A stretch of DNA of 64,000 bases from Carcharhinus amblyrhynchos (Eukaryota), in the NCBI GenBank assembly GCA_965287045.1, contig OZ336870.1:154194001-154258000 (forward strand), in the 5' to 3' direction. The notes beneath the pieces were generated by a model. The model made no database searches and had not been told where the DNA came from. It saw nothing but the letters and a program-made list of their open reading frames with translations. Position numbers and translations under genes: made by a program. Shown piece after piece: positions 25,290-37,706 of this stretch; position 1 is the stretch's first letter; every line of letters begins with the position of its first letter.

Positions 25290-26440
25290 GTCAGCACACT
25301 TGGTCCATAACGATTGTTTCAAAGAGCAACTTAATTGTTGACTTTGACGGAGTTGACTATACCATCTTACTCCAATGCAAGTTCACTATCGTCCAGCTGA
25401 GGGGGACTGCACTCATTGGTCTCAACTCTTAACTACCTAACTGCAGCCAGAGTGTAATCTGCAATGGGTTTTCTCTTTGCTCTGTTACACCCGTTATGCT
25501 CCAAAGATGTATACTTGGACCCCTTCTACCTCGCATCTACATACTGCCCCTGGCAATATCATGGAGAAAAACAACATTAGTTTTCACAGGTATGTTGATG
25601 ACAACCAGCTCTACCTCACCACCGCCTCTCTTGTCTTCTCCACTGTTGTTAAATTGCAGACTGCTTATCCACCTTCCAGGACTGGATCAGCAGAAAATTC
25701 CTCCAATTAAATATTGGGAAGATTGTAACTATTCGGTGGCAACTTCATTCCCAAGCTACCAAATTCCATCCCACTCTCTGGCAACTGTTTGAGACTGATT
25801 AGTCTGTTCACAACCTGTTTGACCTTGAGATGACCTTCTGATCACAAACCTGCTCCATCACTAGTACTATTTCTACCTCATCTGTCTCAACTCATCTGTT
25901 CGTCTGGACCTGAGGATTCAAATACACTCATCAGCCTCCCACTTTCTACGCAATGTAATGTTGAGATAAGCTAAAACTCTGCTGCCCATGTTCTTGCTTG
26001 CACCAAGTCCTGTTCATCCATCACCCCTGTTCTCACTGATCTAAACTGGCTCCCTATTAAACATGCTTCCATTTTCAAAACTTTCTTCCTGGTTTTCAAA
26101 TCTGTCCCTTACCTAGCCCCACCCTTTTTCTGTAAGCTCCTCCACCATAACCCTCATGATATCTGTACTTTTACAATTCTAGGCTCTTGAGTATTCCCCG
26201 TTTTAATTCCTCCATGAATGATTGCTGTGCCTTTAGCTTCCCAAGCCCTAAACTCCACAATTTCCACCCTCAACCTCGCTATTTCTCCTTTTTCTTATGA
26301 GACGCTCCTTAGAATCTAGCCCTTTGCCCAGGCTATTGGCCATCTGCCCTCATGTCACCTTATATGGCTGAGTGTCAGATTTTATTTCACTTCTGTAAAG
26401 CGCATTGGAATCATTTCATTGTTAGACATAGTGTATAAAA
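25290..26440 (+). mobile_element. L2-type LINE RT fragment and 3' end
   Basis: DFDGVDYTILL, LRGTAL, LGPLL..IYILPL and SFHRYVDDNQLYL (YADDTQLY-like) spread across frameshifts. Confidence 0.85.
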
Positions 26441-26454
26441 AACAAGTTCTTAGG

Positions 26455-26563
26455 TTAGATGCAATGACCCAACCGGGCGCCGGAGTGTGGTGGCTTGGGG
26501 AATTTCACAGTAGCTTCATTGCAGTGTTAATGTAAGCCTTACTTGTGACTAATAAATAAACTT
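26455..26563 (+). mobile_element. 3' part of HE1-like SINE
   Basis: ggcgccggagtgtgg...cttcattgcagtgttaatgtaagccttacttgtgactaataaataaac. Confidence 0.8.
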
Positions 26564-27451
26564 AATTATTGTTATTATTGAGTAAGGAACCAATACAGGG
26601 CCTAGATCCACATTTCAGTTCTTCAACACCTAACTTGTTTCAGTATCTACCTCTTTTCAGCCCTCCCCTTTTATGCATGACTGGCTTTCCAATCCAAGTA
26701 CAATTATTTTTGAAGACTAGGCTCTTAAAGAGATTGTACTCTTCTTCTGGGAATATCATCATCATCTACTTTCAGCCTCAATCAATTGGCTTCAATGTTC
26801 AATTGAATATAGTACACAGACACTGGATATTTCACATACATGTAATATGGATACATACATTATATGCATATATTTAGAATGTACTCTGATTAAGTCAACC
26901 ATTTAAAAAAAGGTATAGCTGACATTTTTTCCATCTAACATAACATTCAAAGATAATTCACTATGCCTCATCTTGGAACATTCCTTTAATTGCACTAGAG
27001 TATTTAGACAGGTTTAAATATCATTGGATTCAGCTTTATTCAATATGTTTACCACCAACTTATGAAAGTTAGAATCAATTCATGTAGCGATCCATTTCAA
27101 CAAATTAGATTAGTGGATCATATAAAACATTTCTTCAAGGGTCTACATTGGTTAATAATTGATTGACAAGTGCGTGCCATGCAACCTTTACCATCCTGGA
27201 CTCAGGATTCACCAAGCACGAGTTCCACGCCATGCCATTTCCCAGAAACTCTGACGTAATTTCACAAAAGCCACTGTAAAGTTAGTAGGAAGCAGATATA
27301 TCAAGGTTAGAATTTCAAGCAGTGGCAAGAGTGTAGTTTGCAGAGTGGAAAGCCAAACCATTTCTGGCACACAGATCAAGTCTGAAATGCTGAGAACTGC
27401 ATACGGGTCCATGTTTTCACTATAGACCCATTTGCAATTCATTAAACTCAC

Positions 27452-27538
27452 TGATTGTGAATCGGATGCTTTTTGCTTTCAAAATCTTCCAGCAGAAGAT
27501 ACTCGTCCCCCTCTTCTGTGGTAAATGATGATGCTCGG
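27452..27538 (-). CDS. GAB1: GAB1 cassette exon between exons 3 and 4 (probable striated-muscle-specific exon)
   Basis: Acceptor catcttccatttcctctgtgaaatag, donor CA|gtgagt, 87 nt, symmetric phase 2->2, open in the GAB1 frame: (S)RASSFTTEEGDEYLLLEDFESKKHPIHN(Q). Confidence 0.8.
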
Positions 27539-28629
27539 CTATTTCACAGAGGAAATGGAAGATGACAACATAAAAATGGCGTGGCTAAATCTAATTTCAG
27601 TGCAGAATGTAATAAAGATCTTAAACAAAAAGAAGCAGACATTTATATGAAAGTGCCATCTTCCTCTGAAATGCAGCTGATGACAAAGCAGCCAATTACA
27701 GAAATACAATGAATTTTGCGCATATCCTGTCAAATTAGAATTGGTTAAAAAAAACACAAACAGAATGAAATATATAAAATTTGACCAAGGCACAGGCAAA
27801 TAAGTGAATAAACTTGAAACATTAAATAAACAACAGCTAATTTCCAACGTACTTAAGTAACTCTTAAATATTTGTTTTGCAACAGCAGATTACTTTGTTA
27901 TTGTTCCTTTAAGGGCCAGTGCCATAGATAAAACTAAGCTATAAAAATATCTCAAGAATGAAAAAATACACAATTACTGGAAGCCAATTTATTTTAGTCA
28001 TTTGGTGGTACGTTGCTTAAGTATTGCTGAAAAGAAATACTATTCTTCTCATCAGGACAGTAAAAGAACAATTCACACTACATGAGAAGAGCACTGATTC
28101 ATTGGCAAGTAGACTCTGAGCATTCTTTACATAAAAATGGAGAATATTATGATACTGATTGTGTATTCTCATTGTTCTACACTTTTCACAGGATATGTAC
28201 TAGAAGAAGTGCACAGTTACTAGATAATTTTATACACCCATGACCATTGTGATCAAATGAGCTGGATCAATTTACATTCTTCAATATTATTTATTGGTCT
28301 ACAGTTATAGAACAGTCATGTTGCAATGAGGAATACAAATTTTTGGCAAAGGCTACAATGTAAATACATGGAAATCTATATGTATGTCAACATACGTGAA
28401 TATATCTAGACATCTGATTGCCACTCTTGAAGTCCGTTGGATTGTCTATGTAGTTTCAGGAATAGTTCATTCAATATTTTTGTTTCCCCCTGCCACCACC
28501 AACCAAATGCAAATTTTGCCACTCCAGGTGACTGCCTTGCTTGCTTAGTGGTTGCATCAGTCTGATTAGATAATGGATGTTTGCAATCACATACGTTTTG
28601 TTCACATATTCACTTACAGAATGGTTTAC

Positions 28630-30250
28630 TTACAGGCCTTTTGGCAAGTCTGTCGTATCTGTGTCAGCTTTCAGCAAGAGCAAACTAGCTGAACCCATTC
28701 TTTCCCCATAGCCTTAAATGTTCTCTTTGAGGTGCTTTTCCTTTGAGACCAAATGGTATCCCTCACCATCCTCTCAGGTTTTCGCTGTGCAAGTGTTTTT
28801 CCTTATGTTATCGTTGATTCTTTAGACAACTACCTTCACGTCTTCTGGCACTTGACTGTCCCATCAACAGGAACAATTACTGTCTGTCTGCTCTATCCAG
28901 GCTTCTCATGTTTTTGAACACTTCTATTATATCTTCTCTCAACTTTCTCTTCTCGTAAAAGAACAACCCCAACTCGCACAATCTATCCACATAACTCAAG
29001 TCCCTCATTTCCAGAGCCATTCTCGAAAAACCCGAAAAGGCTGCAGTACCTGGAACTGGACAAAATACTCCGGTTGAAGCCAAACCGATGTTTGATTTTA
29101 AAGGTTCATCAAAAATTCCTTACTCTAGAACTCTGTCTCTATTTGAAAAGCCCAGCATCCTTTAAACATTTTTAACCACGTTCTCAACCTCACCTGTCAC
29201 CTTCAATGATTTGGGCGTACATATGCTGGTTCTCTCTTTTCCGGCATCCTATTTAGAATTGAATTTTTTATTTTATGTTACCTCTCCTAATTCTTTCTAC
29301 AAAAAAGCACCACTTCACACTTCTCTGCATTAATTTCACCTGCCACGTTATGCCGATTCCAGCCAACTGCTTCTTCAAGTCGATCACTGTCCTCATCAGT
29401 TTCCACTAATTGTCATATGTAACTTTTGAAATTGAGCCCTGCGCACCCTTAGAGTCTAAGTCATTAAAATATATCAAGAAAAGCAGTGGCCTTAGTACCA
29501 ACTCCTGGGGAACCGCACCATATATACGTGCCTCCAGTTTGACAAATAACTATTAACCATTAAACCTGTTTCCTGTTACTCAGCCAACTTTGAATCCATG
29601 CTGCCATGTCCCTTTTATTCCATGTGTTTCAGTTTTTCTGAGAAATCTATCATGTGGCACTTCATAAAACATCTAGCCAAAGTCCACGTACATTACATCA
29701 ACCAACCTTCATCAACCATCTGATATCTTAGCAAAACAATTCAATCAAATTAGTTAAACTCAATTTGCTTTTGACTATTCCATGCTGGTTTTCTTAAATT
29801 AATCCACACTTGTCCAAGTAATTGTTCATTTTATTCCAAAGATCATTATCATCCCTAAAAGCTTTCCCATCACCGTAGTTAAACTGATTGGCTTTAGTTT
29901 CCAGTCAGAGGTCCAACATTTCCAATTCTCCAGTCCTCTGACACCATCTCTGTATCTAAAGAGTATTGGAAGATTAAGGCTAGTGCATCTGCAATTTCCA
30001 ACCATAATTCCCTCTGCATCCTCGATGCATCTGATCCGGTCCAGGTGACTTACTAATTGTTACAGCCTTATCCATCTTTCGACAATCCTGTTATCTCCTC
30101 TTTCACTGATTTTGGCATCATCTTCTTTGATAGAGAGAGTTGCACTCATTTAGTGCCTCAGCCATATTCCTCTGCCTCCATGCATAGATTCCCATTTTGG
30201 TCCTTAAACCGCCTCATCCCTTCTCTTTACCATCTTTTCACCATTTATGT
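28630..30250 (-). mobile_element. Degraded CR1 ORF2 (RT) fragment
   Basis: LSYVDRLCELGLF..EKRKLREDIIEVFK, plus upstream GVPQ..VLGP-like and GPDQMH.R-like motifs on the minus strand. Confidence 0.85.
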
Positions 30251-30459
30251 GCTTACAGAATCAAAGTTTAACATTTAAGAGTTAGAAATTTAACAGCTCA
30301 TAAAACACAAATATGAATAGAGAAGCTTATTCAAAGAAATTCTGCAGTTTATCATCACAGGATCAAACTGTCTGTTATGACAGTTGCTTTGGCTATATGA
30401 AATGCTTCTAGAACATTTGGAAAATGATGATTTGAGCTTCCTTATAAGGTAATGGTGAG

Positions 30460-30875
30460 CTGTCTTCATGAACCGCTGCAGTCCATGTTTTGTAGGAATA
30501 CTCATGGTGCGTTTAAGGAAGGGAAACCCAGGATTTTGATCCCAGTGACAATGAAGTAACAGCGATATAATTCAAAATCAGGATGGTGTTTGACTTGGAG
30601 TGGAACTTGCACCTGGTGGTGTTTCCATACATCTGTTGCCCTTATCCTTTTAGATGGTATAAGGTTACAAGTTTGGAAAGTTCTGATGAAGGCATCTTGA
30701 CGAGTTGCTGCTATGTACTTGTACATAGCACATGCTGCTGCCACTGTGCGTCACTGGTGGAGGCAGTGAATGTTTAAGCTGGTGGATGGGGGGTGCCAAT
30801 CAAGTAGGCTCCCTTGTCCTACATGTTGTTGAGCTTCTTGAGTATCATTGGAGCTGCATTCATCCAGGCAATAGG
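30460..30875 (-). mobile_element. LINE 3' fragment, family unassigned
   Basis: HHQVQVPLQVKHHPD region. A similar sequence lies at ~14075-14420. Confidence 0.55.
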
Positions 30876-31049
30876 ACCAGAACCAATGGTTAAAGAGACA
30901 ATATCAATTAATAGGCAGTTGCAGACAGGGGATGGGTATAAACTTTAGATTCAATATCAGTGTTCTCTTTTCTTTGTCATCACGTTGTTTTGAATCTTCT
31001 CGCTTCTATAACAGATGCATTCCAATGCAGCACTTTGCACTAGCTGCTG

Positions 31050-31660
31050 TTCATATTAGGAACATGGAAACAGAAACTAGAAGCAGGATTAGGCCATTAG
31101 GCCCTTTGAGCCTGCTCCGCTATTCGGCACGATCATGGCTGATCCTCAAATTCAATATTCCGATCCTCCACCATATTCCTTTAGCCCCAAGAGCAATATC
31201 TAATATTTTCTTGAAATCAGACAACATTTTTGCCTCAACTAATTTCTGTAGTAGTGAATTCCGCATATTCATCACCCTGGCTGAAGAAATTTCTCCTCAC
31301 CTCAGTTCCAAAAGGTTTACCCTTATCCTCAAACCATGACCCCTAGTTCGGGATTCCCCCACCGTCGGGGGATTCTTTCTGAATCCACAATGTCTAACTC
31401 TGTTATAACTTTATAAGTTTTAATGAGATTCCCGCTCACTCTTCTAAACTCCAGTTAATATAATCCTAACCTATACGATAGACCTGCCATCCCAGGAATC
31501 AGCCTGGTAAACCTTCACTGCACTCTCTCTATAGCAAGAGCATCCTTCCTCAGATAAGGACACCAAAGCTACACACAATATTCCAGGTGTGGCCTCACCA
31601 ACGCCCTATAGAATTGTAGTAAAATATCCCTATTCCTTTACTCAAATCCTCTTGCTATAA
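31050..31660 (-). mobile_element. CR1 3' fragment
   Basis: Colinear with the young CR1 copies (ggccatt..gccc..gagcctgctccgc; LVRPHLEYCV on the minus strand). Confidence 0.88.
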
Positions 31661-32869
31661 TAAGAGGATTGCAATGTTTTATGAATAATATTGTAAAAGG
31701 CAAAAACAGGTAGTGTTGTTCTACAAAATTGAGGTATATGTTGTTTTGAAGTTACAAAGCTTGTAACAGCAGTGAGGTAAACACTGAGGGGGATACAGAT
31801 GTCAATTACGACCTTTCAAACACCAAATCTAGATTCTCAGTTTCTGAAGGAATCCATTGTATTTCAACTGAAAAATAATAAGACTGTGACACTGATGCAT
31901 GAAAGAGAAATTAGGAAAACAAAGTGCAAAAGTGGCATATTAAATGTTAATGGTATGGTAAAATAGAAAAGGTGCTGGTAAATGTTGAGAAAATCTATAA
32001 ATACTCAATTTACAGGTCCTAATGCTGTGTTTCAACTACTTTATTTTGTACTAATTGTTCTGTCAAATGTTTATCTCGCATAACATGGTAAGTAAATTCA
32101 ATATAAATGCATTTCTAAAACATATTTTGAAACATTATTTCTAAGCATTAAAGAATAAAAGCTGCAAAACCATATAGAATATGGTTGCCATGACAGTTCT
32201 GAAGAATCTAGTGCAGGTTCAATTCTCCTGCACTTCCATCAGCTCTGCCCTTGCCGTGTTCTACTGGCCCAGTGCCATCATGCAGTACCAATGTTAAGAT
32301 GCTTGTTCTTAGATTAAAACCCTTCCATGACATCATTCAATCATGCCAAAATAATAGAACCATACATGCACCAGCTATTCTTCAGCGCAGATTTTTGCTT
32401 GTACCCTGCTTTTTCTGCAACTTCATTAAAGACCAATCTGTGACCAGGCTCCTGGCAACTTAGTCTCACTCAACTCTGAGTCAGAGATTATAGTGTTAGC
32501 CGATCTCCAAAACTGAAATACAGCATTTTTAACATATAAAAAAGCTGACACTTCATAGAATCACTGGAGACTCTGAGTGAGGACACGTGTCCAGTCTTTC
32601 TCTTTGTTGGTTATCCCCCTCTCAAGTTCTGCAGTATCTTTTCCTTTCTGCATACTTAGTTCCTCTTTACACTTCATATTTCATGCAACATCTGCTGATT
32701 CACTCCACTTTTGCCCATGTGACAGTAATCTTCTTCTGCATTCATTTTAAGTGGTTACCACACTTGGCTACATGCCCCAAGCTTTTGGCAAAGGATGGGG
32801 TATTTTGCTGCAGGCTTCATCATCCTTAAATCTGCCTCAGTTAACACACAGTTTATTAAGTGATCATTC

Positions 32870-34010
32870 ATTACAATTGTTCGACAGTTCCACGTCTTCA
32901 TGCTCACACATGCCCCGAATGATGGCAAATCTTCTGACCCATTCCCAGTCACTGGTGGAGTTAAACAGGGCTATGTGCTGGCACCAATCCTCTTCAGCAC
33001 ATTTTTCATTGCCATGCTGTGATTAGATATTGCATGGATGGAAGTTGCTGAACCCGAGACAGCTCCAGGCAAAGAGCAAGGTCTCCAAGGGTGTCCTTTG
33101 TGATCTCCTGTTTGCTGATGACTGTGCACTACTGCCAGTTCAGGGCTGGTCATGCAATGTAATCTGGACTTGTTCTCCAATACATGCCACAGCTTTGGCC
33201 TGATAATTAGCACAAAGAAAATTGAAATAAAGCACTAGCTTGTTCCAGGAAAGTCCTATCTTGCGATAAAGATTTCAGTCCATGACCAGATCGATCAGCA
33301 GTGGACATGTTCATTTATCTCAGCTGTTTATATTGATGACAAGACACATGCAATAATTTCCCAAAGCATCTGTAGCCTTTGGGAGACTTTGATCATCAGT
33401 TTGGGAATGGAGGAGTAAAGTCTGCCTACTATAGAGCAGTAGTCGTGCTTACTCACTCTTCGCATGCCAGGCTTGGACTGTGAACCAGCCAAAAAGCTCA
33501 ACTACTTTCACTTCACCTGCCTTTGGAAACTTCTGCAGATTAGATGTCAGGTGTTCACCCAAGCTGGCATGCCAAGCATCAATGCCATATTGAGACAGTC
33601 ACAACTGTAGCTGGCCGTTCATGTAGCCAGAATGTCTGACACTTCTATGGAAAGCTCGAGTCTGGAGTATGCTCTCGTGGCGGCCAAAGGAAGCACTACA
33701 AGGCTTTGCTTTGGAGTTTTGATGTTGATTTGGGTCCTTGGAGGAACTTATCCAGGATCTCTGCATCTGGCATAATCAGACAAAAAAAAAGTGCCTCCTT
33801 TGAAAGCAAGTGCATATCGGAGGTGAAGAGAAAATGCAACGAGGGGAAATTCTGAACCAGCAACTCATCCGAAGTTCAATCATCTATCGATCCTACATGC
33901 AGCAGAACCTTCTGGCAGAGATCAACATGAGCAGTCACATACATTCCCTCTGGAACATCACCAAACATCTCAGATGATGAACAAGGTCATCTTCATAAGG
34001 CAAACAACAC
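32870..34010 (+). mobile_element. RTE-clade (BovB/RTE-like) LINE RT fragment
   Basis: NDGKSSDPFPVTGGVKQGYVLAPILFSTFFIAML, LLFADDCAL, FGLIISTKK, KASVAFGRL, with frameshifts. Confidence 0.85.
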
Positions 34011-34449
34011 AAAGAAGTAGTTTTAAGTGTTCCAGGAATTTTCTTTTATTTGTAGCAATTATTGCAGCTTTGAAAGAGAGCTGGGTAACTGGTTGCACGT
34101 CCCACTTCTAATCTCTTTTGTTTATTGACATTTGGAAATCTGGCTGGGATAGATCTTTTCATTCCTGAGGAGATATGCATTCCAATGAAACATAGTGGTA
34201 TTGTTGTGACAAAATTTCATCTGGAGACTATTTTCACTAATAAGTTAGGGTTAGGAATCTGTGCAATTTGGATGAAAGAATTGTTTTGTTCTGTATTGCT
34301 GGACACACAACTAGAATGAAGTACTTTTAAAAAACTTCAGTTTCAATGGCATAATGATTCTAATAAGTTAATTTAAAGAAAATGTATACAGGTTTAAAGT
34401 TTGATGTAGAACAGGAGATTAAAGACTGAATTAAGGAAATCAGGTAATC

Positions 34450-34474
34450 AGAGAGAGAGAGAGAGAGAGAGAGA
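34450..34474. repeat. (GA)n microsatellite
   Basis: Perfect AG repeat. Confidence 0.95.
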
Positions 34475-35064
34475 TTTTGGAAAAGAGACAAAGCTTGAGA
34501 GTAACAGCATCAAAGATGCAGAAACTGAACAGAGGAAAGGTAAGGACAGTTTCACCTCCCAGTTTTCCTCCTCTTTGACCAACCAAACATCATTCTCTTA
34601 TTTTCAACTATATCATACTGGTCACAGTTTATGTAAGTTAGTCAGGCAACAAACTAAATCCATCAATAAAGTAGGGCACAACCATAAAAGTCAACTTTCT
34701 GCATTTTTTCAGCATCTCTAGATAATAATATTTGATAGCTCCTATAACATTGCAAGCAATAAGCATTAGAGACCCAGTCCTGATATCAGTGGCCAAAATG
34801 CAACAGAGGAACTTGCCTTATGCCTAAATCAATTGAAAACTCAACTCCAAACCACAAAAAACAAGTAGCCTTAACAGAATTTTTTAAAATTACTTCAAGA
34901 GTATCAATGACCACTGACAAAAAGTACAACTTCTATTCACATTTCATATGAATAATATTCCAGTTATACAAATTATGAAGTTGTGTCAGGAATTCAGATT
35001 AAATAGTGTGGCCCTAATGGAGTTTACAAATGATACTGCTACTCTTCCCAAGTACTCATCTTAC

Positions 35065-35278
35065 CTAGTGGGTTCAGGCTTTTTGCTTTCACAGTTGGCT
35101 AGCCACAGATAATCCTGTGGATCTTCCTGGCTGGATAACGATGCCAGACGTCGCACACTGATGGGCTGATAGGGGGGAGGTAGCGAGCCCATGGAAACTG
35201 CTGGCCGAACAGAAGGCTGTACAGAAAGAGGTACCTCAGTACCAGCATTACCAGAGGGATTTGATGGTTTAACAGCAT
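35065..35278 (-). CDS. GAB1: GAB1 exon 3
   Basis: Manual translation DAVKPSNPSGNAGTEVPLSVQPSVRPAVSMGSLPPPYQPISVRRLASLSSQEDPQDYLWLANCESKKPEPTR, matching GAB1 LPPPYQ and QEDPQDYL..NC.SKKPEP. Acceptor attatag, donor AG|gtaaga, 214 nt, phase 1->2. Not in the ORF track. Confidence 0.95.
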
Positions 35279-36184
35279 CTATAATGGTACAAAAAAAAAA
35301 GTGTTATCAATAAATGAAATAAAAAGACCGTAACAACAATGTTCAACTTTTAATGGAACAGACTGAGAACAGGGCAGGGATTGGATCAATATTTGAAAAT
35401 TGAAAGAACTGATCAATCTACAATATATTTGTATGTAAATTCAGATTGTGGCAGCGAGCTCTGAAGTATTCCAAAATGCTACCCATATGAAAAATTAAAC
35501 TGGATGCACTAGAACTGTTAATTATACAGCACTGTATTTCAGTGCAATGGCAAACCGCAGAGCAATACTGCTGTGTTTCACAAAGTTTTAATCAACATCT
35601 TCTCTGGAGCTCAAAATGCGTAAAAGATTGCAGAATAAATTTTTGTTACAGATGTCAAATACTTCCTTATGCGAATTTTGTGGCTGGAAAAATGTGGACA
35701 TTGTTGGAAAAGAGAAATTTTCTAACTTTTTAAAAAAATTCCTACTTCTCTAATCATTTTTAGTAACCCAGCAGGATCCTGGAATTGTACTCTCAAACTA
35801 GAATGAGATACTGGACACCATTGTGGGGAAGTTCTTTTGGAAGGCAAGATAATATTTTGAATGTTAACAAAGCTGATGCAATAGTGAAGCTATTCAGTCT
35901 CTTAAATTTTCCCTGCACTTCCCCCACACAGCCCATCAAAAATACATTTGTTGAACATCTTGACAACAAATTTCCATAAGCAGCAAAACCAGCATTGAAC
36001 CAAAATATATATTTGCGAGATTGGCTTGAACAAACAGAATCTGAGTATGTTAACAGATTAGTGACTTAGAAATTGTCTCTCGCCTTGGTGCCACATTTAG
36101 TTTCTAATGAGATATTTCTAACTCTAGATAATAGATGGAAATTGCATTTTAAGACATCACTAAAATGAACGTTGGTCATTTTGT

Positions 36185-36660
36185 AGTACAAAATTTGAGT
36201 ATTGTTGAAAAAGGACATTTTGTCGAAGCTTTTTGTCTCATCAGGATGATTGCAAGAATACCACCATCAGGGGAAATTACAACTTTATACTATATGAGAA
36301 GAGGGCGCTGATTGGTTGGCAAATAAATTTTGATTGGTAGAACCATTACCAGGGAGAATGCACCAGTTAATAATGAATGAAAGTTAACTGCCAAGCATTG
36401 TTATCAATTTAAACAAAGCTGTTTGGACTCTAGTCGGGACATTGCCCTTTGGAATGAGCCAGCAAATGATTATAATTTATTTGTCTAGCTGAAATGTATG
36501 TAAATATTCTCTCCACAAGGAGCAGGGTCCTGCATATTAATATATGCAACTTCCAGTACACTCAAATGGACCACACAGAGCCCAACTGACAATATTTAAC
36601 TAGTTGTAAGCGTAATTTTTGCACATTGACGATTACTTAGCAAATGTCGTCCAATTGCAG
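36185..36660 (-). mobile_element. Longer relative of the 21-kb palindromic element
   Basis: Shares tagtac..aatttgagtattg, tgtcgaagctttttgtc, tcatcagga and tatgagaagag..ctgattggttg with 21027-21160. The right boundary is uncertain. Confidence 0.6.
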
Positions 36661-37396
36661 AATCACATCGACCTTTGGACACACTGTTTTGCCACATGTT
36701 ATCATATCAAACAGCATGTCCCTTTCGCTCTTTGCGACGTGCAAAATATAGACCACACCAAGACAGCCCATGCTTGCAAAATGCTAGTTAAGCTCAGAGG
36801 CATGGGGCTTTGAGCATACTAGGCACTCATCGAACTATCGAATGCCTTTTGGAAGTCTGAAAACATAACTTTGTGGGATTAACGATTGTGAATTTAACTT
36901 CCTCAAAAAAACTTAAGGAAGTTGGCCATGAAGGTTCTTCCTCATTTAAAACAGTGTTTTAATAATGCTTTATCACTCTTCTGAAAACAAAGATCATGTT
37001 AGCCTGTTTCTAATCAAGTGCTATCTCCTTGGCATCCATTGCTATTAAAACAATTTGCAGTGCTTCATAAACTTCACTAGTCTTGCTCAATACTCTGGGA
37101 GCATCTCGTCCTGGGATCTCAGTTTTCCCAATACATCAACTCCTTGAGAACCAAACTCCGAAATAAACCTTTGCTCAAGCAACTTGACATCTTTTTTCCC
37201 TTTTTAACACGTTAACCCATTTATGATCAGGTTTGTTGAGTCTGAGCTTGCTGATCTCATGATGGAGGTAGGAGAGGGGCAAGGGCGGCAGCGGTGCTGG
37301 AAGGGCAGTTGGTAGATTTTATTGCAAGCAAGCGTGTGGGTTGAGTTAAGACCTGGAAAAATATGAGTGTATGAGGAAGCCAGCTCCTATTATACA

Positions 37397-37706
37397 GCAC
37401 GGTGGCATAATGGTTAGCACTGCTTCTCTCAGCACCAGGGACCCAGGTTCATTTCTGGCCTTGGGTGATTGCATGTGTGGAGTTTGCATGTTCTCCCCAT
37501 GCCCTCCGGGTGTTCCAGTTTCCTCCCACATTCCAAAGATGCATGCATTAGGTTGATTGGCCATGCTAAATTGCCCCTTAGCGTCAGGGGAACTAGCAGG
37601 GTAAATATGTGGGGTCGAGGGTATATGGCCTGGGTGGGATTGTTGTCAGTGCAGCTTCAATGGGCAGAATGGCCTCCTGCTACACTGAAGGGGTTCTATG
37701 ATTCTA
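37397..37706 (+). mobile_element. HE1-like tRNA SINE
   Basis: gcacggtggcataatggttagcactgc..ccaggttcatttc...ggattgttgtcagtgcag..ttctatgattcta. Confidence 0.88.
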
